From a virus (taxonomy: Duplodnaviria; Caudoviricetes), in IMG/VR virus record IMGVR_UViG_3300029288_001872, positions 32,001-96,000 of that record: a stretch of DNA of 64,000 bases; one strand, 5' to 3'. The notes under the pieces are model-generated. The model worked only from the letters and a program-made list of their open reading frames with translations, made no database searches and was not told where the DNA came from. The position numbers and the translations under genes are program-made. Below, in pieces: positions 8,664-19,285 of the stretch (the stretch's first letter is position 1; each line of letters opens with the position of its first letter).

Positions 8664-10133
8664 TTATCTCTTCCTTCTCAATTCATTAAATCCCGCCAGA
8701 CTAATGAGGCCATATCCTACTGGCGTAGAATGAAGACCGTCAGCATCGCAATCAGGGTCCGCAGCCTTTAAGTCCCAGAGATTGACTACTGGCCCTCCGG
8801 GGCGGAATTGGCCAATATAGGCTTTACTGTCCACGATCACCGCTTCAGGGTAACTGACCCTACACATGGATGTCAGGGAGGCATTCCAGGCATCAATGGT
8901 TGACATATCGTTGGCTACGGCGCTCACCGATGCAACCGGCCCCTCATTGACCAATCCCACAGCATTGTCAAATGTTAGGACAAGGGCTGACCCATCCGTG
9001 ACTTGTATTTTTTGGTTGTTCCCAGCTTCACTGAATCCGCCCCACTGTATCCAGGTTCCCAGCGATACGCCATCTACAAGCCACGACCCCGTGGCCCTAG
9101 TGTAGGTCTTGGCTGCTGCATCCACTGTGACATTGGCCACGGTCAGACTGAACTCATCCCCATTGGTATAAGGCGGCATCAGCATAACTAACGGAATGAT
9201 AGAATTTGCCCTGCAAAGGTCTAAAATATCCGCCCAATCAGACAGATGATTTGCTTGGACATAATCTCCGTTTCGCAGGTTGTTTGTGCCGCCATCAATA
9301 ATTGCGATCCGTGGTTTAAGCGCAATACAATCGGCAGCAAACCGAGATAGAATCTCCGAAGTCGTATCACCCCCGGCACCCATGTTTTGAATCGTGTAGG
9401 CTGGATTGAGGAAGTCACGAAACTGCTCAATAATGGTAGAACCGGGAAGGTAGATATCTTGAAGACCCTGTAAAAAAGAATAATTGGCAGGTTGACCGGC
9501 CATACCGGAGTCACCAATGCCCACGATATGAGGTGCCGTGTCCATAAATAACTCAATAGGCACGGCAGTGTTGGCTACAGTGCTCTTGCTTTCCCAATCA
9601 TAGCCGGTAGCATCCGGCGTGGCGTTGCTGATGTAATAGAGGACCATCCCGGCAATGCCGGTGCGGGCACGAAATAGGTTCTGAGTACCGGAGGTCTTAG
9701 TAATCCGTAGTCCGTAATAATCCCCCACCTGGACGCCAGCAATCGGCGTTGAAAGAGTGATAGTTGCAGTGGCTCCAGCTACCAGGGAAGCCAAGAGGTT
9801 TTCCGTGGTGGACCCCACTCGGTCATAAGTTCCCGCTTCATTCCGTCTCCAGACTTTCACATAGACGCCTGTAATTCCTGTGAGAGTCGCCCCGGCATAG
9901 ATTTTGATTTGCGAGATAGTCCCTGCCTGCCGGATGCGGTAAGACGGCCCCTTAAACAGAGCTTCCCTGGCGGTATAGGCCAGGCCGCCGTAGTTCGGAG
10001 TGTCTTCACTAACCGTAGCATAAGGCCCCACAATCACCGGCCCGATGTTAGGGATTAGGTTAGCTACCTCCGGCCAATATAATGGTTTCTTTTTCCCTAC
10101 AAGATTAATCCGGTTCCCACGCAAATAAGGCAT
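8664..10133 (-). CDS. SGNH/GDSL esterase-domain protein, probably virion-associated
   Basis: GDS, G, GTNN and DGLH catalytic blocks; beta-rich N-terminus; markedly higher GC than flanks. Confidence 0.75.
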   Translation of the reverse strand: MPYLRGNRINLVGKKKPLYWPEVANLIPNIGPVIVGPYATVSEDTPNYGGLAYTAREALFKGPSYRIRQAGTISQIKIYAGATLTGITGVYVKVWRRNEAGTYDRVGSTTENLLASLVAGATATITLSTPIAGVQVGDYYGLRITKTSGTQNLFRARTGIAGMVLYYISNATPDATGYDWESKSTVANTAVPIELFMDTAPHIVGIGDSGMAGQPANYSFLQGLQDIYLPGSTIIEQFRDFLNPAYTIQNMGAGGDTTSEILSRFAADCIALKPRIAIIDGGTNNLRNGDYVQANHLSDWADILDLCRANSIIPLVMLMPPYTNGDEFSLTVANVTVDAAAKTYTRATGSWLVDGVSLGTWIQWGGFSEAGNNQKIQVTDGSALVLTFDNAVGLVNEGPVASVSAVANDMSTIDAWNASLTSMCRVSYPEAVIVDSKAYIGQFRPGGPVVNLWDLKAADPDCDADGLHSTPVGYGLISLAGFNELRRKR

Positions 10134-10134
10134 A

Positions 10135-10719
10135 TTAATCCCTCAAAATTCCAAATGTCAACTTCAGATCAATAGTCCCTAAATAAGTCGGCGTCCCGGT
10201 TGTTCTCATTACGCAATAAAGACTTTTAGTTGCAGGAGCAGATTTAATTGGCAATCCCAAATTACTAACACATGCCACTGAATTATCAGCCAACGATTTA
10301 TAATCACTTGCAGTTATTTCTGCCCACCCAATACAATTACCCAAATCTGCATCACTAATATCTAAAGCCGCATTATCAGTATAAGTAGTTAATGAAGTTG
10401 ATTTAAATAAAAATATTTCCATTGCAGCGTTTTTCTTAGCTAAATCTTGCAATGTGATTGATTGTAAAACACCAGTTCCAGCATTAACTCTAACTGCTCC
10501 TGGTATCGCAAAACCACCACCTACACAATCATTAGCGGTATAAGTAGCCAAAGAAACTGCTGGAGTGACTTGTACAATAGTAGTATTTCCTCCGACCTCT
10601 CCAATATGATTTTCACTTGCTGTGATTGGAGTTCCGGCAGAAATAGTATTAAGGAGGTTTACGGTTTGATCGCCATGCTTGTCTCTGAGGTTAGTGTATG
10701 AACTGGTTGGTATCGCCAT
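10135..10719 (-). CDS. Putative virion structural protein
   Basis: T/A/G/S-rich beta-type sequence inside the head operon. Confidence 0.45.
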   Translation of the reverse strand: MAIPTSSYTNLRDKHGDQTVNLLNTISAGTPITASENHIGEVGGNTTIVQVTPAVSLATYTANDCVGGGFAIPGAVRVNAGTGVLQSITLQDLAKKNAAMEIFLFKSTSLTTYTDNAALDISDADLGNCIGWAEITASDYKSLADNSVACVSNLGLPIKSAPATKSLYCVMRTTGTPTYLGTIDLKLTFGILRD

Positions 10720-10751
10720 AATGATTCACTCCGTTAAAATTTACTTAAATT

Positions 10752-11231
10752 CTATTTTCCTACAAGTTTCGCCAATTCCACTAATATCTGATCTTGACCT
10801 AATTTCAATAAAGCCAAAGTGGTTTTCAAATTTGATAATTCATCTTTATTCTCATTATATTTTACATATAAATCAGAAATATGATTCACATTAGTAACAC
10901 TTCTTTCATGTTCAGCACTATGTTCTGGACAGTCTCTTGGACATATAACTAAATTTTTTTCTGTTTCGATGTTTGTCTTACCTATTACTACGAGTTTTGA
11001 TTTGATTAACAACCAGCCCACAAATCCGAATACCACTATCGTAGCTACTGTTCCTGTAACTACACCTAATATTACATCAATATAAGAAAAATCTACAGTT
11101 TGCGGATGATTGATTTGTAATGGTGTAGTTTGTGCCAATACAACAGGAAAAATAAAAGCAATCATAAATAAGATTAATCCAGTTATAAATAGTAAGTTTT
11201 TACATTTTTTATTTTTAAAGTTAATTGTCAA
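10752..11231 (-). CDS. Membrane protein with coiled-coil tail
   Basis: Two hydrophobic segments followed by a heptad-like C-terminus. Confidence 0.45.
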   Translation of the reverse strand: MTINFKNKKCKNLLFITGLILFMIAFIFPVVLAQTTPLQINHPQTVDFSYIDVILGVVTGTVATIVVFGFVGWLLIKSKLVVIGKTNIETEKNLVICPRDCPEHSAEHERSVTNVNHISDLYVKYNENKDELSNLKTTLALLKLGQDQILVELAKLVGK

Positions 11232-11665
11232 TTCATATACTCCCCCAAAATGAAAAAGAAAAAGGACAATTTCAACACTTTTAATTAAGGCAAAATTGTC
11301 CCATAGTTTTATCCAATGTAATGCTCCACTTATGCTTCTCCGCTAGCGATTGAAATCAAAGACATAAATTTAAAGTTTCTCAAAATGGGAAGGAACAAAT
11401 TCACCTTCTTGAAATAATTCAGTTTCACCTTGATTGTACAGTTTCTTCTTAGTAGAAACCCAACATTTATTTCTACAAATATATTTTCTAGGCCAAGATT
11501 CTTCCACAACTTCTGGTTCGACAATCACTTCTTCTTTTACTTCCACAACTGGTTCGGGAATTATTTCTTCAACAATAGGTTCAAAGACTTCTTCAACTTT
11601 ATTCTCATATGTTTCAAAGGCCGATTTAACTTTAGCCATATGTATATTCTCCAATCAAAAAGGTT

Positions 11666-11697
11666 CTAGTGTGGGAGACGCCAATCTCCCACACTAG
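11666..11697 (-). terminator. Hairpin/intrinsic terminator after the cement gene
   Basis: 13-bp stem CTAGTGTGGGAGA/TCTCCCACACTAG, followed by a T-run on the minus strand. Confidence 0.6.
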
Positions 11698-11705
11698 GTT
11701 AATGG

Positions 11706-12170
11706 TTATTCATACATTTTGGGCAGCGAAGCAGAATCTAACCAAGCATCAACAGTACCAGCAGAGCAAGTAGCACCGCCAAGAGTACCTTTGACACGCA
11801 GATAACGTTTGCAAACAGGTGGTAGAGCGCCACTGTAAATCAACTTGCCAGCAGTAAGCAAATTATGAGTCATGCTGGAAGCGCCAGCCAGATTCAAATT
11901 CATCAAATTGGAAAAAGAAGCTGCGGAATTGGCAGTGGCATCCTGCAAATAAAGAGCAACAGTGCCGGTGGCAGCATTACCAGAAATAGCAGTGCCAACG
12001 CGAACGTGAATATACACAGGTTCGCCACGGCCTACATTTGGATTCCGAGCCGTAGAGTTCCAGTCTACCGAAGGCCCAGTATCTACAGTATTCCCTTGAA
12101 TAGTTACACCACTAGCCCCAGCTAAAGACTGAGCATCATAAAAACTTAACTTACTATCCATGATCGCCAT
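11706..12170 (-). CDS. Capsid cement/decoration protein (Bbp16-like)
   Basis: 'MDSKLSFYDAQ...N.VDTG...VGRGEPVY...KRYLRV...AGTVDAWL'; lies downstream of the MCP. Confidence 0.75.
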   Translation of the reverse strand: MAIMDSKLSFYDAQSLAGASGVTIQGNTVDTGPSVDWNSTARNPNVGRGEPVYIHVRVGTAISGNAATGTVALYLQDATANSAASFSNLMNLNLAGASSMTHNLLTAGKLIYSGALPPVCKRYLRVKGTLGGATCSAGTVDAWLDSASLPKMYE

Positions 12171-12197
12171 AATAATTAACTCCTATTTAGCAACTAT

Positions 12198-13061
12198 TTA
12201 AGTCGCTTTTTTCTTCAAATTGTTTAGTTCACATTCAAGCCATATTGCTACTCTCATTAAATCTTCTGGATCAGTCACCGAGTTTTTTATAGAATTTGCC
12301 TTATGACTAATAACCATAATATTGTTTTTCACATAACCCAATTCGGGGATTATCCTATCTAATGATGGGCTGTCAAATCTTGAAACATCATTAACTTTTA
12401 ATTTTATTTCTGGAAAGACAGGACAATATTCTGGAATAATAATATCAGACAATTCTAAATTAAACGGCAAATCTAGCTTTTTAGCTCTTGATTTAGCTGA
12501 ATGGAACATAATATATTTGGGTGCCAAACCTGTACTTTTTGAAAGTCCGTGTTTGGTAAATGTCTTAATTAATGTATCAACTCTTAAACACCCACAGCTT
12601 TTAGTATGACCATTTCTTAAAGTGCCAGTTCTAACAAATGTTTGATTTCCACAATCACATTGGCATAACCAGCGAGATATTTTCTTCTTTAAATTTGGCG
12701 CTTCTTCTAAAACCAAAAGTCTACCAAATCTTTGACCAACTAAGTCCGGTTTGTTTGGAGCAGAATGCCTTATTTTTTGATTATTTTCTCTAAGAATTTC
12801 TAAAATTCTATTCCCAGATAAATCAAATTGTTTTCCTATTTGTATTGAATTTAAACCACCAGCATATAGCTCAACAATCTTTTTGTTCCGGTCTGTAAAA
12901 TCTGGCTTACCACGATGTCTTGTGTGGAAATTGTTTTCTTTAAGAATTTCTAAAACTCTTGCATAAGATAAATTAAATTGTTTTCCCACCTTTTCTGCGG
13001 TGGCTCCATTTATATAGGTTTTAACAATTTCTTGATTTCTTTGTTCCAATTCTGGAAGCAT
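12198..13061 (-). CDS. HNH-type homing endonuclease with N-terminal HTH repeats
   Basis: LVGQRFGRL..W.CQCDCG..TKSCGC; AKSRAKK...CPV...SPSLDRI.PELGY...N..VIS..AN. Confidence 0.8.
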   Translation of the reverse strand: MLPELEQRNQEIVKTYINGATAEKVGKQFNLSYARVLEILKENNFHTRHRGKPDFTDRNKKIVELYAGGLNSIQIGKQFDLSGNRILEILRENNQKIRHSAPNKPDLVGQRFGRLLVLEEAPNLKKKISRWLCQCDCGNQTFVRTGTLRNGHTKSCGCLRVDTLIKTFTKHGLSKSTGLAPKYIMFHSAKSRAKKLDLPFNLELSDIIIPEYCPVFPEIKLKVNDVSRFDSPSLDRIIPELGYVKNNIMVISHKANSIKNSVTDPEDLMRVAIWLECELNNLKKKAT

Positions 13062-13086
13062 TTATATTTTCCTATTCAAAAGATAA

Positions 13087-13122
13087 TTTCATGGTAGGGT
13101 TTAGAATTACCCTACCATGAAA
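13087..13122 (-). other. Perfect 14-bp hairpin after the MCP stop (mRNA processing/stabilising or attenuating)
   Basis: TTTCATGGTAGGGT...ACCCTACCATGAAA; no clean U-tract on the coding strand. Confidence 0.55.
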
Positions 13123-13130
13123 AGTTTTAC

Positions 13131-14105
13131 TTAGGTCAAAGCTGACTCAGTTCCGAGCAAGGCGTCAGCTTTGAGAATTTTTATACCTCTGAAGCGCATC
13201 GTCGGCAGACCCCACGGACCCTCTGGAGTGTATGTCACATTTGCCTTATCTTTGCTTTCTTTATCCAGACAACCAAGAACGGTAGCATTAGCATACATTA
13301 CAGCACCAGCACCATCACCCGGCATTTGACGCAGAGCATCAATAAGAGTATCAGACAAATTAGAAGCAGTGGCAGGAATGTTACATACACGTTGCACACA
13401 ACGGTCGTCACGGACAGCAAGACCAGCCCATACTTTGAATTGAGTCTGCCAAACCTTATAAGGAAGGCCATTTCCATCAGTGACAGTCAATTCTCCATCA
13501 TCTTTCTGCACAATACCAACATTGGCATCAGCATTACGAGGATAAAGTAGATGGCAAGTGGTTGGCCCCCAAGTCACGATCCAAACAGAACTTAGGGCTG
13601 ATCCAGTCCCGCCATAGTTATGTACATTATGAACAGCACTAGTACCAAGGGTGGTCAGAGTGGCATAACGAGTAGCAAAACCGTCGAACTTTTCAGGAGA
13701 GCCAACAGTGGTTCCATAAAAAATCTGAGTTGCTAAGGTTTGACTCATACCTTCAACGAAAGCCAAATCCTCATCCATACGGAAAGCCATAGGATCGGGA
13801 GACAATTCAACAAGGGCGGAGTCGATACGGCTAAAAGATTCCAACATGCCGATAGATTCCACAACCTGGGTTACTTCAGATTTCTCTAAAGCTACACCAG
13901 AATTAATTTTGCGCCAAGAACCAGCAGGCAAATAGACACGTTTAGAGGTCGTATGTGAAGTTTCAGAATTAGCTCTAATCCAAGGAGCGTCATCTAGTAT
14001 AGAGTTAGATTTACTCAGAACTTCCGCAACAGCCAATATTGCATTATTCTTGGTGCGTTTTGCTAAACTAACTAAAGTCATTTGATTTGCAGTCAAAAGT
14101 GCCAT
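13131..14105 (-). CDS. Major capsid protein (epsilon15 gp7/BPP-1 Bbp17 type)
   Basis: 'N.ILDD.PW..AN', 'LP..SWR.IN.GV', 'EGMSQ..A..IFYG', 'EKFDG.A.RY', 'GLAVRD.R.V.R.CNI'. Confidence 0.85.
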   Translation of the reverse strand: MALLTANQMTLVSLAKRTKNNAILAVAEVLSKSNSILDDAPWIRANSETSHTTSKRVYLPAGSWRKINSGVALEKSEVTQVVESIGMLESFSRIDSALVELSPDPMAFRMDEDLAFVEGMSQTLATQIFYGTTVGSPEKFDGFATRYATLTTLGTSAVHNVHNYGGTGSALSSVWIVTWGPTTCHLLYPRNADANVGIVQKDDGELTVTDGNGLPYKVWQTQFKVWAGLAVRDDRCVQRVCNIPATASNLSDTLIDALRQMPGDGAGAVMYANATVLGCLDKESKDKANVTYTPEGPWGLPTMRFRGIKILKADALLGTESALT

Positions 14106-14123
14106 CTATATGTTACTCCTGTT

Positions 14124-14909
14124 TTATCCTTTTTTCATAGAAGGGTATAAGGTTTCAGGCAGGGATTTTTCCTTCTTCTCATCAGAGTTTCCGGGTTTGT
14201 CCATCCCACCACCTGCACCATCTGATTTAAGAATACTATCTCTAAATTGATAGTTTTTAATTAAATATTCAATAGCTTCTTCAGTAGAAGCCAACTCGCC
14301 ATTACTTTCAGAAAGGATTTCATTACCGTTAAACTTGCCAACTGCTCTCAATTGCCCTTCTTTCTCCACAACCTCAAAATTATTACCAAAGTGTGAATAG
14401 GCTAAGTCAGATGGCATTACAGTCTTAGAACGTAGATATTCAGAACGATCAAAGGCTCCTCTCACGAGAAGATTCCGAATCTGATTTTCTTTAGTTCCAA
14501 GTAGAGCTTCCTTCTTGGCTAGATTCTCTTGAAATTCTTTTCTAGTTTGGGCCATAGTCTTTTCATGCCCATCAATTAAACTTTTTCTCACCTCGTCTAG
14601 TTTTCCTGCATCAATAAGTTCTTTCTCACCTATGAGTTTGACATCTTCCAAAGCCTTCTTTGCTTCCTCTGGATTCAATCCTTCCCATTTCTTGACTTCT
14701 TCATCAAATTGAGCTTCTAAAGCATCAATCCTCTTGCGCCTCTCGGCGCTTTCGTGATTAAGAGATTTGACTTTCTGTTGCAATTCACTAGCATCAAGTG
14801 AGATTTCATTTTGACCATCTTGGTCAACATAAACGGGTTTTCCTTCCACTACTACGACATGACCTTCTTCATCAAGTTTTAATTTCAGGGGGTATTTTAA
14901 TTCAGCCAT
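14124..14909 (-). CDS. Capsid scaffolding protein (DUF6651-like)
   Basis: 'LKLKLDEEGHVVV.EGKPVYV..DG', 'LN.ES..RR', 'LIDAGK', coiled coil; lies immediately upstream of the MCP. Confidence 0.75.
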   Translation of the reverse strand: MAELKYPLKLKLDEEGHVVVVEGKPVYVDQDGQNEISLDASELQQKVKSLNHESAERRKRIDALEAQFDEEVKKWEGLNPEEAKKALEDVKLIGEKELIDAGKLDEVRKSLIDGHEKTMAQTRKEFQENLAKKEALLGTKENQIRNLLVRGAFDRSEYLRSKTVMPSDLAYSHFGNNFEVVEKEGQLRAVGKFNGNEILSESNGELASTEEAIEYLIKNYQFRDSILKSDGAGGGMDKPGNSDEKKEKSLPETLYPSMKKG

Positions 14910-14943
14910 TTTGTTTCTCCTCTCGGAGTGTGCCTTGTTCGTT

Positions 14944-15024
14944 GGGCATCACGCCTTAAAATCCTTATATATTATTAATAAAAAAAAGAACTGGACAGAG
15001 CATCACGCTCTTATTTGCCAGTTC
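14944..15024 (-). promoter_or_regulatory. Structured leader of the scaffold/capsid genes with two GCGTGATGC hairpins
   Basis: Minus strand GAACTGG..GAGC-GTGAT-GCTC..CCAGTTC + T8, then GGC-GTGAT-GCC. Confidence 0.5.
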
Positions 15025-15128
15025 CTTCAATTGCCCTCTTAATGAGGATTGGTGGATAATCTGATTTATTTAATTATATGTTTAGTTATCAGTAGGGTCT
15101 CTAGGCATATAACCTTCTTATTAATTTT

Positions 15129-16210
15129 TTAATTAACTTTCTTGATTGTTATAGTTTCTTCTGTTTTATTTTTACTTTTTTCTTCTTTCTCTTTTTCTTT
15201 AGTTAATAATTGGTCCACACAAAACTTTAATCCAGTTATATTCTCAATAGATTTTACCATTTCATATGAACATTCATTATCTCTTTTCTTTAAACACAAA
15301 TTACAAATACTTATTTTATATGGTTTTGGATTTTCAATTTTCATACTTGGATACATAGCATTTGGTGTTGGAAGAATTTTAGATTTTTCAACTTTATTTT
15401 CTTCTTCTAATTGCTTTAATGCTACATAAATTTTTCCAGTTATTTGACTAAGCAAATTATATAGTCTTTCTACTTCATAATGTTTTCTATTGCAAAGAAT
15501 GTCAAGAACTTCATCTCTTGAAGGAATTCTACCAAGAAGACCAACAAATGGTTGCGAAATAGTTATTATTTTTTCGTCAATTTCCGATTCCAAATACACA
15601 GGAATTTTATCCCAATCAATTGTCCCATCTAATTTTAAATTGCAACAAAATCCTTCATTCCCAAGTTTTAAATCTTCACCATTACAAGGAAGTTTCTTTA
15701 TTTTTTCTTTCCAATCCTTCATATAACCTCTTTATTTTACAGGTTAATCTTCTTTCAATTCTATTGGTAAGTTTATATTAAATATTTGGCAACGTGGATA
15801 TGGTTTTTTTGATGGTTCGCAAACAGATTGATACATAATAAAACCAATACATTTACTCCCAATACATTTTGTGTTATCAAGCAACTGATTAAAACGATAT
15901 GGACATTCCATATAACCTCTCTCTATTTTATAGATTAATCATTAATTGCTGTATTAAGTTTATAAGAAATTTTATCTTTTATAAAATCATAGTTATTATA
16001 AATGGCATCAATTACTTCTTCAAAAATCCATCTACAATAATCATATTCATCCTTTTTATTCTTCAGATAAATATTCAAACAATGATCATCTACCACTAGT
16101 TGACATCTTCCGCCGTATTCATCTGCTAAAGTCATAATTGGACGATGTATAGCAAGATTATGACTTACTTTGGCAGGAAATGATTTATCTGTCTTAACTA
16201 TTTTGTACAT
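15129..16210 (-). CDS. Cluster of small hypothetical proteins (15129-15722, 15935-16210 and shorter ORFs)
   Basis: Same-strand ORFs, each with an AGAGG RBS. Confidence 0.5.
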
Positions 16211-16434
16211 AAAACCTCTCTTACTTTATAGGTTCACGATAATCAATAAATGCGCTCATCAACTTTCCAGACATGAAATTAAATTCAAAATTGAACTTGC
16301 CAGTCTTATTGGAAGACTGCCATTTGTCAAGTTCAAGTCTTAATCTCTGTATAACTTTTTCTGGTGATGGTGATGTTTGCATAAGTAATGTTTAGGTAAG
16401 GTTAGAGTAAGTAAATAAATAAGTATCTAAATAT

Positions 16435-16463
16435 ATTATACTAAATTATACACCTCTTGTCAA
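16435..16463 (-). promoter_or_regulatory. Consensus sigma70 promoter for the head operon
   Basis: TTGACA-N17-TATAAT on the minus strand. Confidence 0.75.
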
Positions 16464-16512
16464 AAAAAAGTACGTTTTTGTAGATGAAAATGCACTTTAT
16501 TTGCATTTTTGT

Positions 16513-17949
16513 TCATTTCTTTTGTTTTGTTTTACAATTTAGACAAATAACGTTTTTAACTTTCCTTTTTCTTAAAATTTTATTACCACAAACTGAACAT
16601 AGAAATTCTTTTAATCTTAAAGAATATCCACCATCATTATTTAATATAGTTTTTTCTTCAACATATTTTATACATCCAGTTCTCTTAAGATGATATTGAA
16701 CAGTTCCCCAAGCGACATTATATTTCTCTGCTATGTTACCTACTGAAATATTGTCATTATACATTTTTATAAAATCTTCAATATCATTTTCAGAAAGTTT
16801 GTCTAATGATTTATTTTTATTATGACCGCCGAGGTATTTATATGGCTCTCCTTTTATTTGTCCAGACCTAATATCATTTCTTTTGATTATATTAGTTTTC
16901 TGTCCACAACCACAATGGCAATATCCATAAGGAATTTCAATGTCAATAGTTTCTTCTTCATTTAATTCAAATTTACAAACAGATTCTTTTATATTCCCAT
17001 CTAAATCTATATTTTTAAGAAAAGAAAAATCTTTGTATTGTTCTAAATCTTGTGGATAATGTAAATATATTCTTTCAGAATCTATATTTGGAAATGGGAT
17101 TAAATAGACATCATTGTCTTTACTGGTAATTATATAATCAGCCCTTACATATAAAGTTAAAATATATAATCCAGACTTCTTATGTAAGGACAATTTTTTA
17201 ATTGTAAATGTCTTACCGTTTTCACACTCCCATTTACAATTGCCTTTTCGATGTTTTATTCCCTCTTCTCTTAATTTATTTCCAATTACTCCTTGTAAAT
17301 TAGAAGGATAACAAGACTGTCTTTCTTGACGGAAATTTTCTGATTTTAATCTCCAGACATTATCTCCATGAATTTTCCATAATAAATATCTAACCCCTTC
17401 ATGGCTAAGACCAGTATATTCAGAAATATCAGCTTGAATTATTAAAGGATCATCTAAATAATTGACAAATAAATCATATGCAATATCCCCAAATCTTTTT
17501 CTTATACCAATTAAAAAATCTTCTCTTGATTTCGACGGACCTTCGCCGCCATCACTAAGATTTGCAAGACAACCTGTACCGTTGTTTATCCTACCATATT
17601 CTTTAATCTTCTTTTTCTCAATTTTAAATGCTTCTTTCTCTGTTAAATTGTCAAACAAAATCATTTCTTTAAAATCTAAACCCTTATCCCATAATTCATG
17701 AATGATTTCATTTTTTAAATTTTTCTCTTCTTCACTATCTTTTAATCTATTGGCTTCTCTTCTATGGTCTAAATATCTATCATCACATCCTTTGCCAAAA
17801 TAAAATGGTTCAAAGTCATAATTACCAAGAAGGTCTGGTTTATCAAGTCTAAATAAACCATAAAGATAAAATTTCATATCTTCTTGAACAGTTTCTTGAA
17901 AATCTCCCCATAAATCACAAACTTTTAGTTGAGCAAATCCCATAAACAA
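16513..17949 (-). CDS. GIY-YIG-type endonuclease with long multi-domain DNA-binding C-terminus
   Basis: FYLYGL...PFYFGKG...R..DH...LTEKEAF.IE...YGR.NNGTG.LANL.DGGEG; YCHCGCG; HTH. Confidence 0.75.
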   Translation of the reverse strand: MFMGFAQLKVCDLWGDFQETVQEDMKFYLYGLFRLDKPDLLGNYDFEPFYFGKGCDDRYLDHRREANRLKDSEEEKNLKNEIIHELWDKGLDFKEMILFDNLTEKEAFKIEKKKIKEYGRINNGTGCLANLSDGGEGPSKSREDFLIGIRKRFGDIAYDLFVNYLDDPLIIQADISEYTGLSHEGVRYLLWKIHGDNVWRLKSENFRQERQSCYPSNLQGVIGNKLREEGIKHRKGNCKWECENGKTFTIKKLSLHKKSGLYILTLYVRADYIITSKDNDVYLIPFPNIDSERIYLHYPQDLEQYKDFSFLKNIDLDGNIKESVCKFELNEEETIDIEIPYGYCHCGCGQKTNIIKRNDIRSGQIKGEPYKYLGGHNKNKSLDKLSENDIEDFIKMYNDNISVGNIAEKYNVAWGTVQYHLKRTGCIKYVEEKTILNNDGGYSLRLKEFLCSVCGNKILRKRKVKNVICLNCKTKQKK

Positions 17950-18268
17950 TCACCCTTTGAATATAAAATTAACACAAATAACACAAGGGACACATATCGC
18001 ATCGTCTAAAGCTGCTTGCATCAAACAATTTTCATAATTTAGACAATCCCTCCTCTCTGTTTTCCTATGAATAGTAATCTGTAAATAAGTAACATTTTTT
18101 ATATTTTTGTGGTTTGTCTTTTTACCACAAATTACACATCTATCATTTATTATTAGAGAAGGTTTCATATGGTATCACTTATATTTTATCATATTTTAAA
18201 AACCACTTCATGAAAGAGTTTGTATTTTTGGGATAAAACTTAATATATAATATCACTAAACTCCCCAA

Positions 18269-19285
18269 CTATGTTCTCACAGGGTAGAAAGTGCCAGTAA
18301 CACTTACAATTCGTTCTGGCGCTACAGTAACTTCAATAATCCAAAATCCCATCGCTGCTGCTATTTTTCTACCGCGCATAAAAGGAGATTGGGATTGCGT
18401 ACATCCAGACTGGATCGCACATACTCCTCTAGTTATAAGCATTTCTGCTTTATGATAGTGGCCCACCACGCATATGTCTGGTTTTTGCCCCGGTGCGATG
18501 GATTCAATGTATTTCTGAATATTATAAGAAATCGCGTAACTAGTACCACCATCTGGATGAAAGAGTCTTATAGTAGCAAGGGCATCACCTTTACCTATTT
18601 TAATATCAGCTTCTTGATGCCCAAGATGGACTAAATCTGGTCTTTCATTGCTAATCATCTTACCAATATCTAACCCGCCATGTTTGTAAAAAGAATAATC
18701 ATGATTACCACGAATAAAATACGTAGTTATACCATCTTTCCTAGGATATCTTTCTCTCACTACATTTACTTGGTTGTCACTTCCTGAAAACTCCAACTCA
18801 AAGTCGTGACCCGCAAACATGCGGATGCCGTCACAAATATCCCCCGAATTCAACACCGTATTTATTTTTTCTTTTTCAAATGTATCATAAGCAAAATTCA
18901 ACAAAGCATAGTCAGAATATAAACTTCCAAAATGGTTATCAGAAACTATGCCAAACTTATGATGTGTTCCTTCCAAACATAAACTAGGCGTCTGTATATG
19001 TCTAGTTAATTCCTGCACTTGTCTTTGCAACTTCTTCACTTGTTCTTCTGCATCAGAAGTTTTTGGTCCAGTTTCTTCTTTTTCTACAACAGGAATTTCA
19101 TCGCCCATCTCAGCCAGATATTTCTTGGCTTCTTCTAGTGCATCTCCCCATTTTCCAAATAAACGATATAGGACTCGTCTAGATGGTTTCTCTGTTTTCA
19201 GAGTGTCGTAAACTACAGCAGAAATAGTTCCTTGTTCCTTGATTATTGAAGCAAACTTTTCAAGTGCTTGATTTTTATCTATCAT
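18269..19285 (-). CDS. Calcineurin-like metallophosphoesterase
   Basis: SDNHFG, GDICDG, GNHD, FHP and GHYH motifs. Confidence 0.85.
   Translation of the reverse strand: MIDKNQALEKFASIIKEQGTISAVVYDTLKTEKPSRRVLYRLFGKWGDALEEAKKYLAEMGDEIPVVEKEETGPKTSDAEEQVKKLQRQVQELTRHIQTPSLCLEGTHHKFGIVSDNHFGSLYSDYALLNFAYDTFEKEKINTVLNSGDICDGIRMFAGHDFELEFSGSDNQVNVVRERYPRKDGITTYFIRGNHDYSFYKHGGLDIGKMISNERPDLVHLGHQEADIKIGKGDALATIRLFHPDGGTSYAISYNIQKYIESIAPGQKPDICVVGHYHKAEMLITRGVCAIQSGCTQSQSPFMRGRKIAAAMGFWIIEVTVAPERIVSVTGTFYPVRT

Noticed and set aside
11706-14105. Diversity-generating retroelement, suggested by the BPP-1-like capsid
   Set aside because: No reverse transcriptase or TR/VR pair seen in this window.
16513-18168. 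Second UGA readthrough joining 17950-18168 to 16513-17949
   Set aside because: In frame, but the TGA is part of a GGGTGA Shine-Dalgarno for the next ATG, is not at a Cys motif and has no SECIS-like stem.
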